From positions 124,001 through 188,000 of the forward strand of contig NIVC01000695.1 in NCBI GenBank assembly GCA_002269645.1: DNA of 64,000 nucleotides, written 5' to 3'. Origin of the DNA: Macrostomum lignano. Taxonomy: Eukaryota. The notes under the pieces were generated by a model that worked only from the letters and a program-made list of their open reading frames with translations, did no database searches and was not told where the DNA came from. This document shows, one piece after another, positions 49,510 through 59,670 of this stretch. The position numbers were made by a program, and so were the translations under genes. Numbering within the stretch: position 1 is the stretch's first letter; each line of letters opens with the position of its first letter.

Positions 49510-51416
49510 TCTCCCTCCCATCCCTCTTCTACTCTCTACTCTCCCATCTCTCGTCTGTTCACCCTCATCTCTGCTCTCTCATCTGTCATCTTTACTCTCT
49601 AATACGTTCTCTCACTTATCTCCTCTGTACTCTTCTCTTTCACCTCTTCTGACTCCTCTCTTTCCTTACTCCTCTCTTCTATACTCTCTCTCCTCTAATA
49701 TCTTCTCTCATCTCTCTGCACTCTCCTCTCACCTTTTTCATCTCTTATCTTTACTCTCTCATCTCTCCTTTCATTTGTCTCATCTCTACAATCTCATCTC
49801 TCCTTTCTCCCCTCTTCTTACATCCCTCTCTTATCTCTATTATCTCTATCTCTTCTCTTCTCACTCTTCTCTCCCCCTCTTATCTTCTCTCTTCTCTATC
49901 CTTTCTACTCTCTCCTCTCCTCTTGACCCTCTGTCATCTTCTTTCTGCTCTCTCATCTCTACTCTTTTCTCACTCTTCTCTACTCTCCTCTCATCGATCC
50001 TCTGTCTCATCTCTCCCCTCTTCTCACCTTTACTCTTTCCTCTCCCTCCTTTCTCCCCTCCTCTCGCTTCTTCCTCCCTTCTTCTCTGCTCTCTCCTCAC
50101 CACTTGTCTCTTCTCTTATCTTCCATGTTTTCTCTTATCCCCGTCCCGCCTCTCCTCTCTTCTAATAGTCTATTCCTTCTCCTTTCCACTCTCATCTGGC
50201 CCGCACATAAGCTGGATTCTTTATCTGGCTTTTGAAGTAAAAGTCTGCCGATCACTGCTTCGAAAGCCAGTTTGTGGGACGTACTACTCTCATCGTTATT
50301 CTCATGCTTTGATCACGTCATCTTTCTTGCCAATTTGCAGCCCTGAAAGGAATTTGTGTATCTTCAGCTCCACTGCAGTCTGCATCAGTCTAACAACCAA
50401 GGAAATACGCATTTCTTAGGCCATTTAAATTTCAAAGTACTTTTAAGAGAAACTTAAAATTTCCATGGTGTGCCTAATTTAGTAGGGTTGTATTTCATTG
50501 CATCGCATCACCTTTTCATAAATATTTCGCTTTTACAAACCATTCTGGATTGCCTCGATTTGCCAATTGCCATCCACTGTTAAACTGCTGCAGAGTTTGC
50601 CAATACAGAGGGGAGGGCAGTGGTTAGAATTTCTCACTAAACTGTTATGGCTAAACGTAGCCTCTCCACTCTCGGGGTGCAGAGAAGGCTATAAATAAAG
50701 TTATTCCAAAACACTGTACATTTGCTATGTACATTCAGTCCTATCGCCTGACCCTTCGTCTGGCTCTGGGGGAATGAGTTGGATGAGCGGCAAACAACAG
50801 AAAAAGCAGACAAACTTCACATGCTTACAGTTTCTTTTTCGGTTGAGTTACAGAGTTGAAACTTTACATTTAGACAGAGAATGGGTCAATGAAGAATTGT
50901 GTCAAGTTTGAAGTTAATCGCTTTACGTGGAGCAAACTTATGGCAGCCGAAAGTTAGTCCATTTTGAAACCCTTTTACACATCTGGGCCGCCCAGATCGG
51001 GAAAGAGAGGCAGGCGGGCGGAGGTTGGGGTGGCTGTCTCGCTGACAAAAAACAGCCCAACTTTAAAAGTGCACAGCGCCGTTCAGGATTAACTTTGAGA
51101 ATTGAAATTTTACACGATTGTGTCAAAATAGTTGAAAATTGTCTGTGTCAAATTTGAAGAGAATCGGTAGAAGTGGAGCGGCGCTATGGAGGATTAAGTG
51201 AAAAAATCGCGCATTTTGAGCAGTTTTTTGTACTTTTAGGTAGGAAGACTCAAATTTAGGAAATTAAAAGGTAGCCTAAGACATTCTCCGTAGTAAGTTT
51301 AGGGTGGGTGTAAAGTTTGGTGTAATTTGGTTGAGCGGTTTGGGAGTCCATAGCGATCAAAATTGTCCACACACAGACACACAGACAGACAGAGTTTTGA
51401 TTTTTATATGTAGAGA
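36981..51416 (-). mobile_element. Head-to-tail array of five non-autonomous Helitron-like units: A 36981-40067, B 40068-42730, A 42731-45797, B 45798-48461, A 48462-51416
   Basis: Each unit on the minus strand starts TCTCTA(C/A)ATATAAAAATCAAAAC plus a GTCT microsatellite and ends CCCGG...CCGCGGG...ACAGCTTG. Every internal junction is TAGAGA|CAAG on the plus strand; the outer flanks give A|TC...CTTG|T. Interiors are CT-rich. Confidence 0.85.
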
Positions 51417-51770
51417 TAATTTACGTAAGTAGCCGATATGTATCAAAAAATTTCTTAAATAGCCGATATGTATCGATAATTTACGAAAGAAGCCGATATG
51501 TATCGATTAAACACTGAAGTTGCCGATATGTATTAATTAAACACTGAAGTAGCCGGTATGTATCGATTAAACACTGAAGTAGCCGATATGTATCGATTAA
51601 ACACTGAAGTAGCCGATATGTATCGATTAAACACTGAAGTAGCCGATATGTATCGATTAAACACTGAAGTAGCCGGTATGTATCGATTAAACACTGAAGT
51701 AGCCGATATGTATCGAAAGTGAATTTATTAGAAAATAAGAAATCGCGACCCCCTTCCCCCACATACCCAG

Positions 51771-52199
51771 GTAACAATAGACTTGGAGCCGTGCAAACCT
51801 GTCCAATCGCCCATCTACCTGTGCGACAGCCGGTTCCACACGGAGGCGCTGCAGTCGATGCTGGAAACTGACGAGCGCAGGTTCGGCTTCATCGTGCTGG
51901 ACGGCTCTGGCGCCCTCTTCGCTGTGCTGAGCGGCTCCGAGCGCCGGGTGCTGCACCGAATGTCGGTCGAGTTGCCCAGAAAACACGGCCGAGGCGGACA
52001 GTCCGCCGTCCGGTTTGCCCGTATCCGATTGGAGAAGCGGCATAATTATTTGCGCAAAGTGGCCGAACTCGCGTCCGGACTGTTTCTGGAGCCGGACAGC
52101 GGCCGGCCGGCCGTGGACGGACTTGTTTTAGCCGGGTCGGCCGACTTCAAAGTTGAATTGCAGCAGGGCGGCCTGCTGGATGCCAGACTCGCTGGCAAG
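51771..52199 (+). CDS. ETF1: eRF1 exon 2 (YxCxxxF, GGQ)
   Basis: ACCCAG|GTA; [10 protein letters not shown]...[39 protein letters not shown]; AAG|GTTGGT. Confidence 0.95.
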
Positions 52200-52209
52200 G
52201 TTGGTTACT

Positions 52210-52780
52210 GGGGCAGAAATATGAAGAGAGGGGCGGAAATATGAAGTGAGGGGCGGAAATATGAAAAGAGCGGCGGAGTGATGTTTAGAGAGGGGCGGAA
52301 AGATAATTAGAGGGGGCGGAAAGATAATTAGAGGGGGCGGAAAGATAATTAGAGGGGGCGGAAAGATAATTAGAGGGGGCGGAAAGATAGTTAGAGGGGG
52401 CGGAAAGATAAAGAGAGGGGGGCGGAAAGATGAAGAGAGGGGCGGAAAGATGAAGAGAGGGGGCGGAAAGATAATTAGAGGGGCGGAAAGATAATTAAGT
52501 TGGGTGGAAAGAAGAAGAGAGGGTGGCGGAAAGATAAAGAAAGGGGCGGAAAGATGAAGAGAGGGTGGCGGAAAGATAAAGAAAGGGGCGGAAAGATGAA
52601 GAGAGGGTGGCGGAAAGATGAACAGAGGGCGGAAAGATAAAGAGAGGGGCGGAAAGATGAGGAGAGGGGCGGAAAGATGAGGAGAGGGGCGGAAAGATGA
52701 AGAGAGGGGCGGAAAGATGAAGAGAGGGGCGGAAAGATGAAGAGAGGGGCGGAAAGATGAAGAGAGGGGCGGAAAGAAAA
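52210..52780. repeat. ~20-22-bp GC-box minisatellite (GGGGCGGAAAGATGAAGAGA), eRF1 intron 2
   Basis: About 25 visible copies. Confidence 0.92.
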
Positions 52781-52877
52781 CGATTAAAGATTAGGATATA
52801 TCAAAGAGGACTGTAGGAGTGCAGCAAACAATACACCAGCATATAAATACAAATGCATATCTAATCTACATGTCCAG

Positions 52878-53387
52878 ACACTCCAGGTGGTGGACATAGC
52901 CTACGGCGGTGAGGTCGGCCTCAACCAGGCCATTGAGCTGGCCTCAGACTGTTTAACTGGCCTGGCCTATCTAGAAGAAAAGCGCTGCCTAGCCAGACTA
53001 TTCGAAGAATTGGGTCACGGCCGGCAGCAGCTGGTTTGCTACGGTGTTGGGCAGACTGTGGCCGCACTAGAATCTGGCGCGGTGGACACTGTGCTAGCCT
53101 GGGAGGAGCTGCCCTACGACTGCGTGCTGACCGCCAGCCGGCAGCTGAAGCTGATTCCTAGGCAAGCCTGTCGGAGTGCTGCTGGCGGTCAGCATGGAGA
53201 TGGTGTAGAGGTCACCGACTGCGGCCTGGATGAGCCGAGGCCGCTGATCGACTGGCTGGCAGATGCGGGCTGCCCGGCGGCCGGGGCTCAGCTGCGCGTG
53301 CTGGCCTGCCGCAGCCCCGAGGGAGTGCAGTTTGCCAACGGCTTCGGCGGCCTCGCTGGCCTGCTGCGGTACCCGCTGGACTGGGAG
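52878..53387 (+). CDS. ETF1: eRF1 exon 3 (C domain)
   Basis: GTCCAG|ACA (TLQVVDIAYGG keeps register with VLKLVDISYGG; alternative acceptor at 52887); EGVQFANGFGGLAGLLRY; GAG|GTGAGG. Confidence 0.92.
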
Positions 53388-53399
53388 GTGAGGGAGCTG

Positions 53400-53660
53400 C
53401 GTGTGTGTCTGTGTGTGTCAGTGTGTGTCTACTGTTCCTGCCTGCTGTGTCTGTCTGTGTGTGCCTGCTTGTCTACTGTTCCTGCCTGCTGTGTCTGTGT
53501 CTGCCTGCTGTGTCTGTCTGTGTCTATCTGTGTCTGCCTGCTGTGTCTGTCTGTGTCTGCCTGCTGTGTCTATCTGTGTCTGCCTGCTGTGTCTGTCTGT
53601 GTGTCTGTGTGTCTGTCTGTGTGTCTGCTGTGTCTGTCTGTGTGTGTCTTCTGTTTGCTG
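53400..53660. repeat. (GTCT/GTGT)-rich simple repeat, eRF1 intron 3
   Basis: Low-complexity TGTCTGCCTGCTGTG units. Confidence 0.88.
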
Positions 53661-53938
53661 TTTTTGAAGAAGCAACATATGTCTGCCTTCTGTGTGTCTA
53701 TTTGTTTTTCTCAGTGTCTTTTTAGCATCAGAATCGCAAAATACCATGGGCATCCTGTGTCCGAATTTAGGTTGCCAAATTAAAAACCTGAATCCCAGCA
53801 GGCATCGGTCAAAAATTTCAAAACCATACTCTGCAGTCTTCAGACTTTATGCTTACAGATTACTCAAAATGTAGATTCTGACTCTCTTCAATCATTTATC
53901 AACAGTCCCATCTCTCGCCGTTTCTTATCCCAATCCAG

Positions 53939-54040
53939 GATCCGGAGTCGCTCCAGTCTGGTGCACAAACCGACGCTGAAGCGGTCGCGGATGAGGATGC
54001 AAGCGACGTCTACGACTGCTTCGATCTAGGCGACTACTAG
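53939..54040 (+). CDS. ETF1: eRF1 exon 4 (acidic tail, stop); total CDS 1410 nt, 469 aa
   Basis: ATCCAG|GAT; DPESLQSGAQTDAEAVADEDASDVYDCFDLGDY*, matching the canonical FFDLDDY end; TAG at 54038-54040. Confidence 0.88.
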   Translation, partial: DPESLQSGAQTDAEAVADEDASDVYDCFDLGDY

Positions 54041-54423
54041 TACCTGTTGTCGGGGGTAACGAACCACCGGCCACCCACCCAAACTAGGCCTGTTGTCGGT
54101 GGAGGCCCTGTGGAGGCCCACATGGAATAACTTAACTATAAATTCTCTTTCTGCTTTAGTTTTTAGTCTCCTATAGATCCTTTACTTAAACTGTAAAGTA
54201 AAGTCGTTTAAGCACCCGCTTGGATTTGAGAACTAATGACTGGGTTTATCGATTTTTTATTAGATTATATTGATTATTTTGGGCCTCTACTGAACGCCTC
54301 CTTGATTGACAACTGTGCCTAGTTGATGGGTGGGTGCGGGGTTCGTTTCCTCGGAGTCCTTCTTGCACAACTGTTTCACTGAGGCTCGGCCTGTGTCAGC
54401 TGGATTCGCCCAGTCACCTGCAT

Positions 54424-54630
54424 TGATCAATCAATCAACTGGGCCACGGCAGGATCTGCCGATCAACTGATCAATCAATCAATCAACTGGGCCACAGCAG
54501 GATCCGCCGATCAACTGATCAATCAATCAATCAACTGGGCCACAGCAGGATCCGCCGATCAACTGATCAATCAATCAATCAACTGGGCCCCAGCAGGATC
54601 CGCCGATCAACTGATCAATCAATCAATCAA
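54424..54630. repeat. 48-bp tandem repeat x4 containing (ATCA)n
   Basis: CTGGGCCACAGCAGGATCCGCCGATCAACTGATCAATCAATCAATCAA units. Confidence 0.9.
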
Positions 54631-55419
54631 TATTGTGTCAGACTGTTATCTCAAAGCGTGGTTGCCAACGACTCATGATAATATTTATTCCTAAACTGAG
54701 CAAGATTTTATCCCTGGAAGAAGCCAGTTTCCTAAAAATTTTTATTTTTTATCCAGAAAAATTTCAAAGCAATGCTTTCGAACGAATATTTTTTTACAGT
54801 TTTTTTCTACACAAACTTTTGTTAATAAACCTGTCTGTCTACAATCTTTTTTTAGTTTTTTTCCTTCTTCACAAAAACAATCACCATAAAATGCCGTTCT
54901 GTCAGTTACTGTTTCTGTTTTTTTTTCACTTGATCGAATTTCCTGCCCGCTGGAAATGATGACAATCTGGCTCGATATGCCTTCTGCCGCCTGCTGGGAA
55001 TATTTATATTGGCAATGATTGGCAGAAGGCTCAGGGATTTAATTAATTAGTCAAATAAGAGAGATCTGAATTCGTTCTGGAGGTCTCGGGTGGGCTGGTG
55101 CAGATTTTCCTGGAGTGCCTGCTGCTCAGATTGAATTAGGGAAGAGATGGCGGAGTCTGCATTGATTCTCCGCCTATCTGATCTCATTCCCATGTGCCCC
55201 TGCTGCGTGACCTGATTAAAATTCGTCTATTCGCTCCCGAGGGGGGAAGAGGTTTCACCGTACTGATTTTCTCTGAGATTAATTTCTCAGTCTTTGCCGC
55301 CTGGCAACGCGGGACGCGTTGTTTTATAGCTTAGATGATCAGCATTTCTGTCACTGAATTTATGCATGCATTTATTCTGTCTTCGTGGGTGTGTCATTTT
55401 ACTTCGTCTTTTCCTGCTT

Positions 55420-56810
55420 GAGTGTCTCATCTCTTTCTTGGAGTGTCTCATCTCTTTCTTGGAGTGTCTCATCTCTTTCTTGGAGTGTCTCATCTCTTTC
55501 TTGGAGTGTCTCATCTCTTTCTTGGAGTGTCTCATCTCTTTCTTGGAGTGTCTCATCTCTTTCTTGGAGTGTCTCATCTCTTTCTTGGAGTGTCTCATCT
55601 CCTTGGGGTGTCTCATCTCTTTCTTGGAGTGTCTTATCTCCTTAGGGTGTCTCATCTCCTCCTTGGGGTGCCTCATCTCTTTCTTGGAGTGTCTCATCTC
55701 TTTCTTGGAGTGTCTCATCTCTTTCTTGGAGTGTCTCATTTCTTTCTTGGAGTGTCTCATCTCTTTCTTGGAGTGTCTCATCTCTTTCTTGGAGTGTCTC
55801 ATTTCTTTCTTGGAGTGTCTCATCTCTTTCTTGGAGTGTCTCATCTCTTTTTTGGAGTGTCTCATCTCTTTCTTGGAGTGTCTCATCTCTTTTTTGGAGT
55901 GTCTCATCTCCTCCTTGGGGTGCCTCATCTCTTTCTTGGAGTGTCTCATCTCTTTCTTGGAGTGTCTCATCTCTTTCTTGGAGTGTCTCATCTCTTTCTT
56001 GGAGTGTCTTATCTCCTTAGGGTGTCTCATCTCCTCCTTGGGGTGCCTCATCTCTTTCTTGGAGTGTCTCATCTCTTTCTTGGAGTGTCTCATCTGTTTC
56101 TTGGAGTGTCTCATCTCTTTCTTGGAGTGTCTCATCTCTTTCTTGGAGTGTCTCATCTCTTTCTTGGAGTGTCTCATTTCTTTCTTGGAGTGTCTCATCT
56201 CTTTCTTGGAGTGTCTCATCTCTTTCTTGGAGTGTCTCATTTCTTTCTTGGAGTGTCTCATCTCTTTCTTGGAGTGTCTCATCTCTTTCTTGGAGTGTCT
56301 CATTTCTTTCTTGGAGTGTCTCATTTCTTTCTTGGAGTGTCTCATCTCTTTCTTGGAGTGTCTCATCTCTTTCTTGGAGTGTCTCATTTCTTTCTTGGAG
56401 TGTCTCATCTCTTTCTTGGAGTGTCTCATCTCTTTCTTGGAGTGTCTCATTTCTTTCTTGGAGTGTCTCATCTCTTTCTTGGGTGTCTCATCTCTTTCTT
56501 GGAGTGTCTCATCTCTTTCTTGGAGTGTCTCATCTCTTTCTTGGAGTGTCTCATCTCTTTCTTGGAGTGTCTCATCTCCTTGGGGTGTCTCATCTCTTTC
56601 TTGGGGTGTCTCATCTCCTTGGGGTGTCTCATCTCTTTCTTGGGGTGTCTGATCTCCTTGGGCTGTTTCATCTCTTTCTTGGGGTGTCTCATCTCTCTTA
56701 GATTGTCTCATCTCTTTCTTGGAGTGTCTCATCTTTTTCTTGTGTGTCTCATCTCCTTGGGATGTCTCATCTCCTCGGGGTGTCTCATCTCTTTCTTGGA
56801 ATGCCTGATC
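55420..56810. repeat. 21-bp minisatellite (GGAGTGTCTCATCTCTTTCTT), ~65 copies
   Basis: Visible array; explains the SKKEMRH and FLECLIS ORFs. Confidence 0.96.
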
Positions 56811-57519
56811 TCCTATGGGTTTCTCATCGTTATTGGGGTTGTCTCGTGTCCATTTTGGTATGTCTCTTGTTCGGTGACTCCTTGTGTTGTCTCTGACTAA
56901 AAACGGTACATATGTCCTATTAATGCTACTTGTCAGTAGGAGGAACCAAGAAAAGAAGAATTATTTGTAAATTCCTAATATTTAGAACGCGAGGACAATT
57001 ATGTATTCGGGGTTTGATTTCTAATATACGATAGAAAAAATAAGCCCAGAAATCGACTACGAAGCTGCAAATTTCCGATTAATTACATTTATCATTTATC
57101 TGCGATATGATTTATCTACGAGCGTGGATACAAGATACTATAAATAGTTATTTATATTGGATTATTGCATACCAACATTTCAGGCCAATTTCAAGTGTCT
57201 GTGCAGTCTGTTGAGCGTTGTAGGAAGTAATCTTTGGGGAGAATTCGGGAGTATTTTGCTGGGAAATGGGGTTAGGGTTGAGAGGGTGCAGACCGACAAG
57301 ACTGTTAACTGCAATTATTGCCTAGCGGCTGTAAACTGCATTAAACTGCATTGGATGGCCAGTTTCTGGATGGCTTGCAATTGCCACTGATTGTCTCTAC
57401 ACCTAGTTATGGCTTCGGCAATTACCATTTTGAAAGGGGAATAAAAATACAGATGCGGGGGAATTGAAAAGGGAGAGAGAGGTGGGGTGGAGAGAGAAAA
57501 AGAACTGGCAGAGATACAT

Positions 57520-58510
57520 AACTATGTATAGAGAGAGAGAGAGAGATGGCAGAGAAATAGAGAGAGATGGCAGAGATATAGAGAGAGAGATAACAGAGAA
57601 ATAGAGAGAGAGAGAGGGATGGCAGAGATAAATAGAGAGACACGGCAGAGATATAGAGAGAGACGGCAGAGATAAATAGAGAGAGACGGCAGAGAAATAG
57701 AGAGAGATGGCAGAGATTTAGAGAGAGAGATAACAGAGAAATAGAGAGAGAGATGGCAGAGAAATAGAGAGAGACGGCAGAGAAATAGAGAGAGAGATGG
57801 CAGAGAAATAGAGAGAGATGGCAGAGATATAGAGAGAGATGGCAGAGATATAGAGAGATGGCAGAGAAATAGAGAGAGAGATGGCAGATAAATAGAGAGA
57901 GACGGCAGAGAAATAGAGAGAGATGGCAGAGATATAGAGAGATGGCAGAGAAATAGAGAGAGAGATGGCAGATAAATAGAGAGAGATGGCAGAGAAATAG
58001 AGAGAGAGATGGCAGATAAATAGAGAGAGACGGCAGAGAAATAGAGAGAGACGGCAGAGAAATAGAGGGAGATGGCAGAGAAATAGAGAGAGATGGCAGA
58101 GATATAGAGAGAGATGGCAGAGAAATAGAGAGAGATGGCAGAGATAAATAGAGAGAGACGGCAGAGAGATGGCAGAGATAAATAGAGAGAGACGGCAGAG
58201 AGATGGCAGAGAAATAGAGAGAGATGGCAGAGATAAATAGAGAGAGACGGCAGAGAAATAGAGAGATGGCAGAGAAATAGAGAGACGGCAGAGAAATAGA
58301 GAGAGATGGCAGAGATATAGAGAGAGATGGCAGAGAAATAGAGAGAGATGGCAGAGATATAGAGAGAGATGGCATCATGGCAGAGATATATAGAGTGAGA
58401 TGGCAGAGTTATATAGAGTGAGATGGCAGAGATATAGAGAGAGATGGCAGAGATATAGAGAGAGATGGCATCATGGCAGAGATATATAGAGTGAGATGGC
58501 AGAGTTATAG
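57520..58510. repeat. GA-rich variable-unit satellite (GATGGCAGAGAAATAGAGAGA)
   Basis: Visible array. Confidence 0.93.
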
Positions 58511-59169
58511 ACAAGGCATCAAAGCAATCTGCATTCAATTTAGAATTGAAGCACATGTGTTTTCATCTTGATGAAGCTCTGCGTCTCTTGCAGTTTCAAT
58601 TTCGAACGAATCCTAAAATAATCTTTATATTCTAGTCATAATATATAGATATGATATAGATTATTCTATCCCAGCATGTCATACACAGAGGTGTACAGTA
58701 GCAATAAACCGGTGTAAATTATTTTACGATTTATGAAATCCGTCTTTAGTTTATCCTTCTGTAAACCTTGTTTGAGCCTCTGTACATGGTTGAACAGCTG
58801 AAGTCAACTTGTGTTCCCCTAAGAGGGAAGCTCTCCTGCCCCCAACCCCCCCCCCCACCTTCATCGTCGGCAGCTCCTTTGATCTTGATCGCTCTCGCCC
58901 CTCTCCATCTGTTCGGGCGCTGCGACCAGAGCCCCTAAACCCCGAGCCAAACTTTTTATTGGGTGTAGTGGCAGCGTCAGTGGAGGGTCACCTCCTCATT
59001 ATACATTAACAAGCCAGCTGACAATATAATATATTTATTGCTCTCCGGGCTCTGCCTCCCCTCCCCATCGCTGTGCGCATGCCCCATCAGGTTTTATTGC
59101 CTCTTTTAGAATTGCAGCTTCAATTTAGACGGATGGGTTGTGCGTTAGTTTGGATGAAGTGATACAATG

Positions 59170-59360
59170 TTGGAACTTAGGGTTTTGGGACTTGGGGTGC
59201 TGGGACTCTCGGAATTTGGATGGTGGGATTGAGTTGGGGATTCTGGGATTCTTGGATTCTGGGAATTGGGATGCTGAGACTTGGGGATGCTGGGACTGTT
59301 GGATTCTGGAAATTGGGATGCTGGGAATTGGTGATGCTGGAACTTGAGGATGCTTGGGGA
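59170..59360. repeat. Low-complexity TTGGGATGCTGGGA-type repeat
   Basis: Degenerate short units; similar sequence at 59720-59800. Confidence 0.65.
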
Positions 59361-59399
59361 GACGGACAGACGACCAAGCTCGCACGCTGCTAGTGGCTC

Positions 59400-59670
59400 A
59401 CCTACGCATGCGCATGCAGAGGACTTGCCTGGGCGGCCTTCCGTTCGATCCGGGCCGTCGTCCAGTCCGAAGCGCTGCCCGACCGCCAGAGGTCGAAACC
59501 GTCCTGCTATACAACGCCAAGATGTGGACACTGGACACTGGAGCGGCAGTTGGACACGGCGCACTCAGTGCTGTTCCGTGCTGCCGTGCTGCCGTTCGAG
59601 CTGACGAGAGCGTCGGGACCGAGGCCCTGAACGATCGGGCCCAGGCTCTGCGGCGCGCCCCTGCTCTAAA
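59400..59670 (+). pseudogene. Degenerate non-LTR retrotransposon (RTE-like) fragment from the region C-terminal to RT
   Basis: Three frame-shifted pieces: LAWAAFRSIRAVVQSEALPDRQR / VETVLLYNAKMWTL / TLERQLDTAHSVLFRAA. The VLLYxxxxWTL motif is typical of RTE-type ORFs (recognised from memory). Confidence 0.6.

Noticed and set aside
37143-50419. Leu/Ser-rich ORFs up to 594 aa and the recurring 60-80-aa ORFs in the eRF1 intron
   Set aside because: Products of CT-only sequence and of repeated non-coding Helitron-like termini; no Rep (HUH) or helicase motifs.
36501-54040. eRF1 changes as evidence that the organism uses a variant nuclear genetic code
   Set aside because: None of the four reconstructed genes needs an in-frame stop to be read through, and both complete genes end in TAG; the sample is too small to say more.
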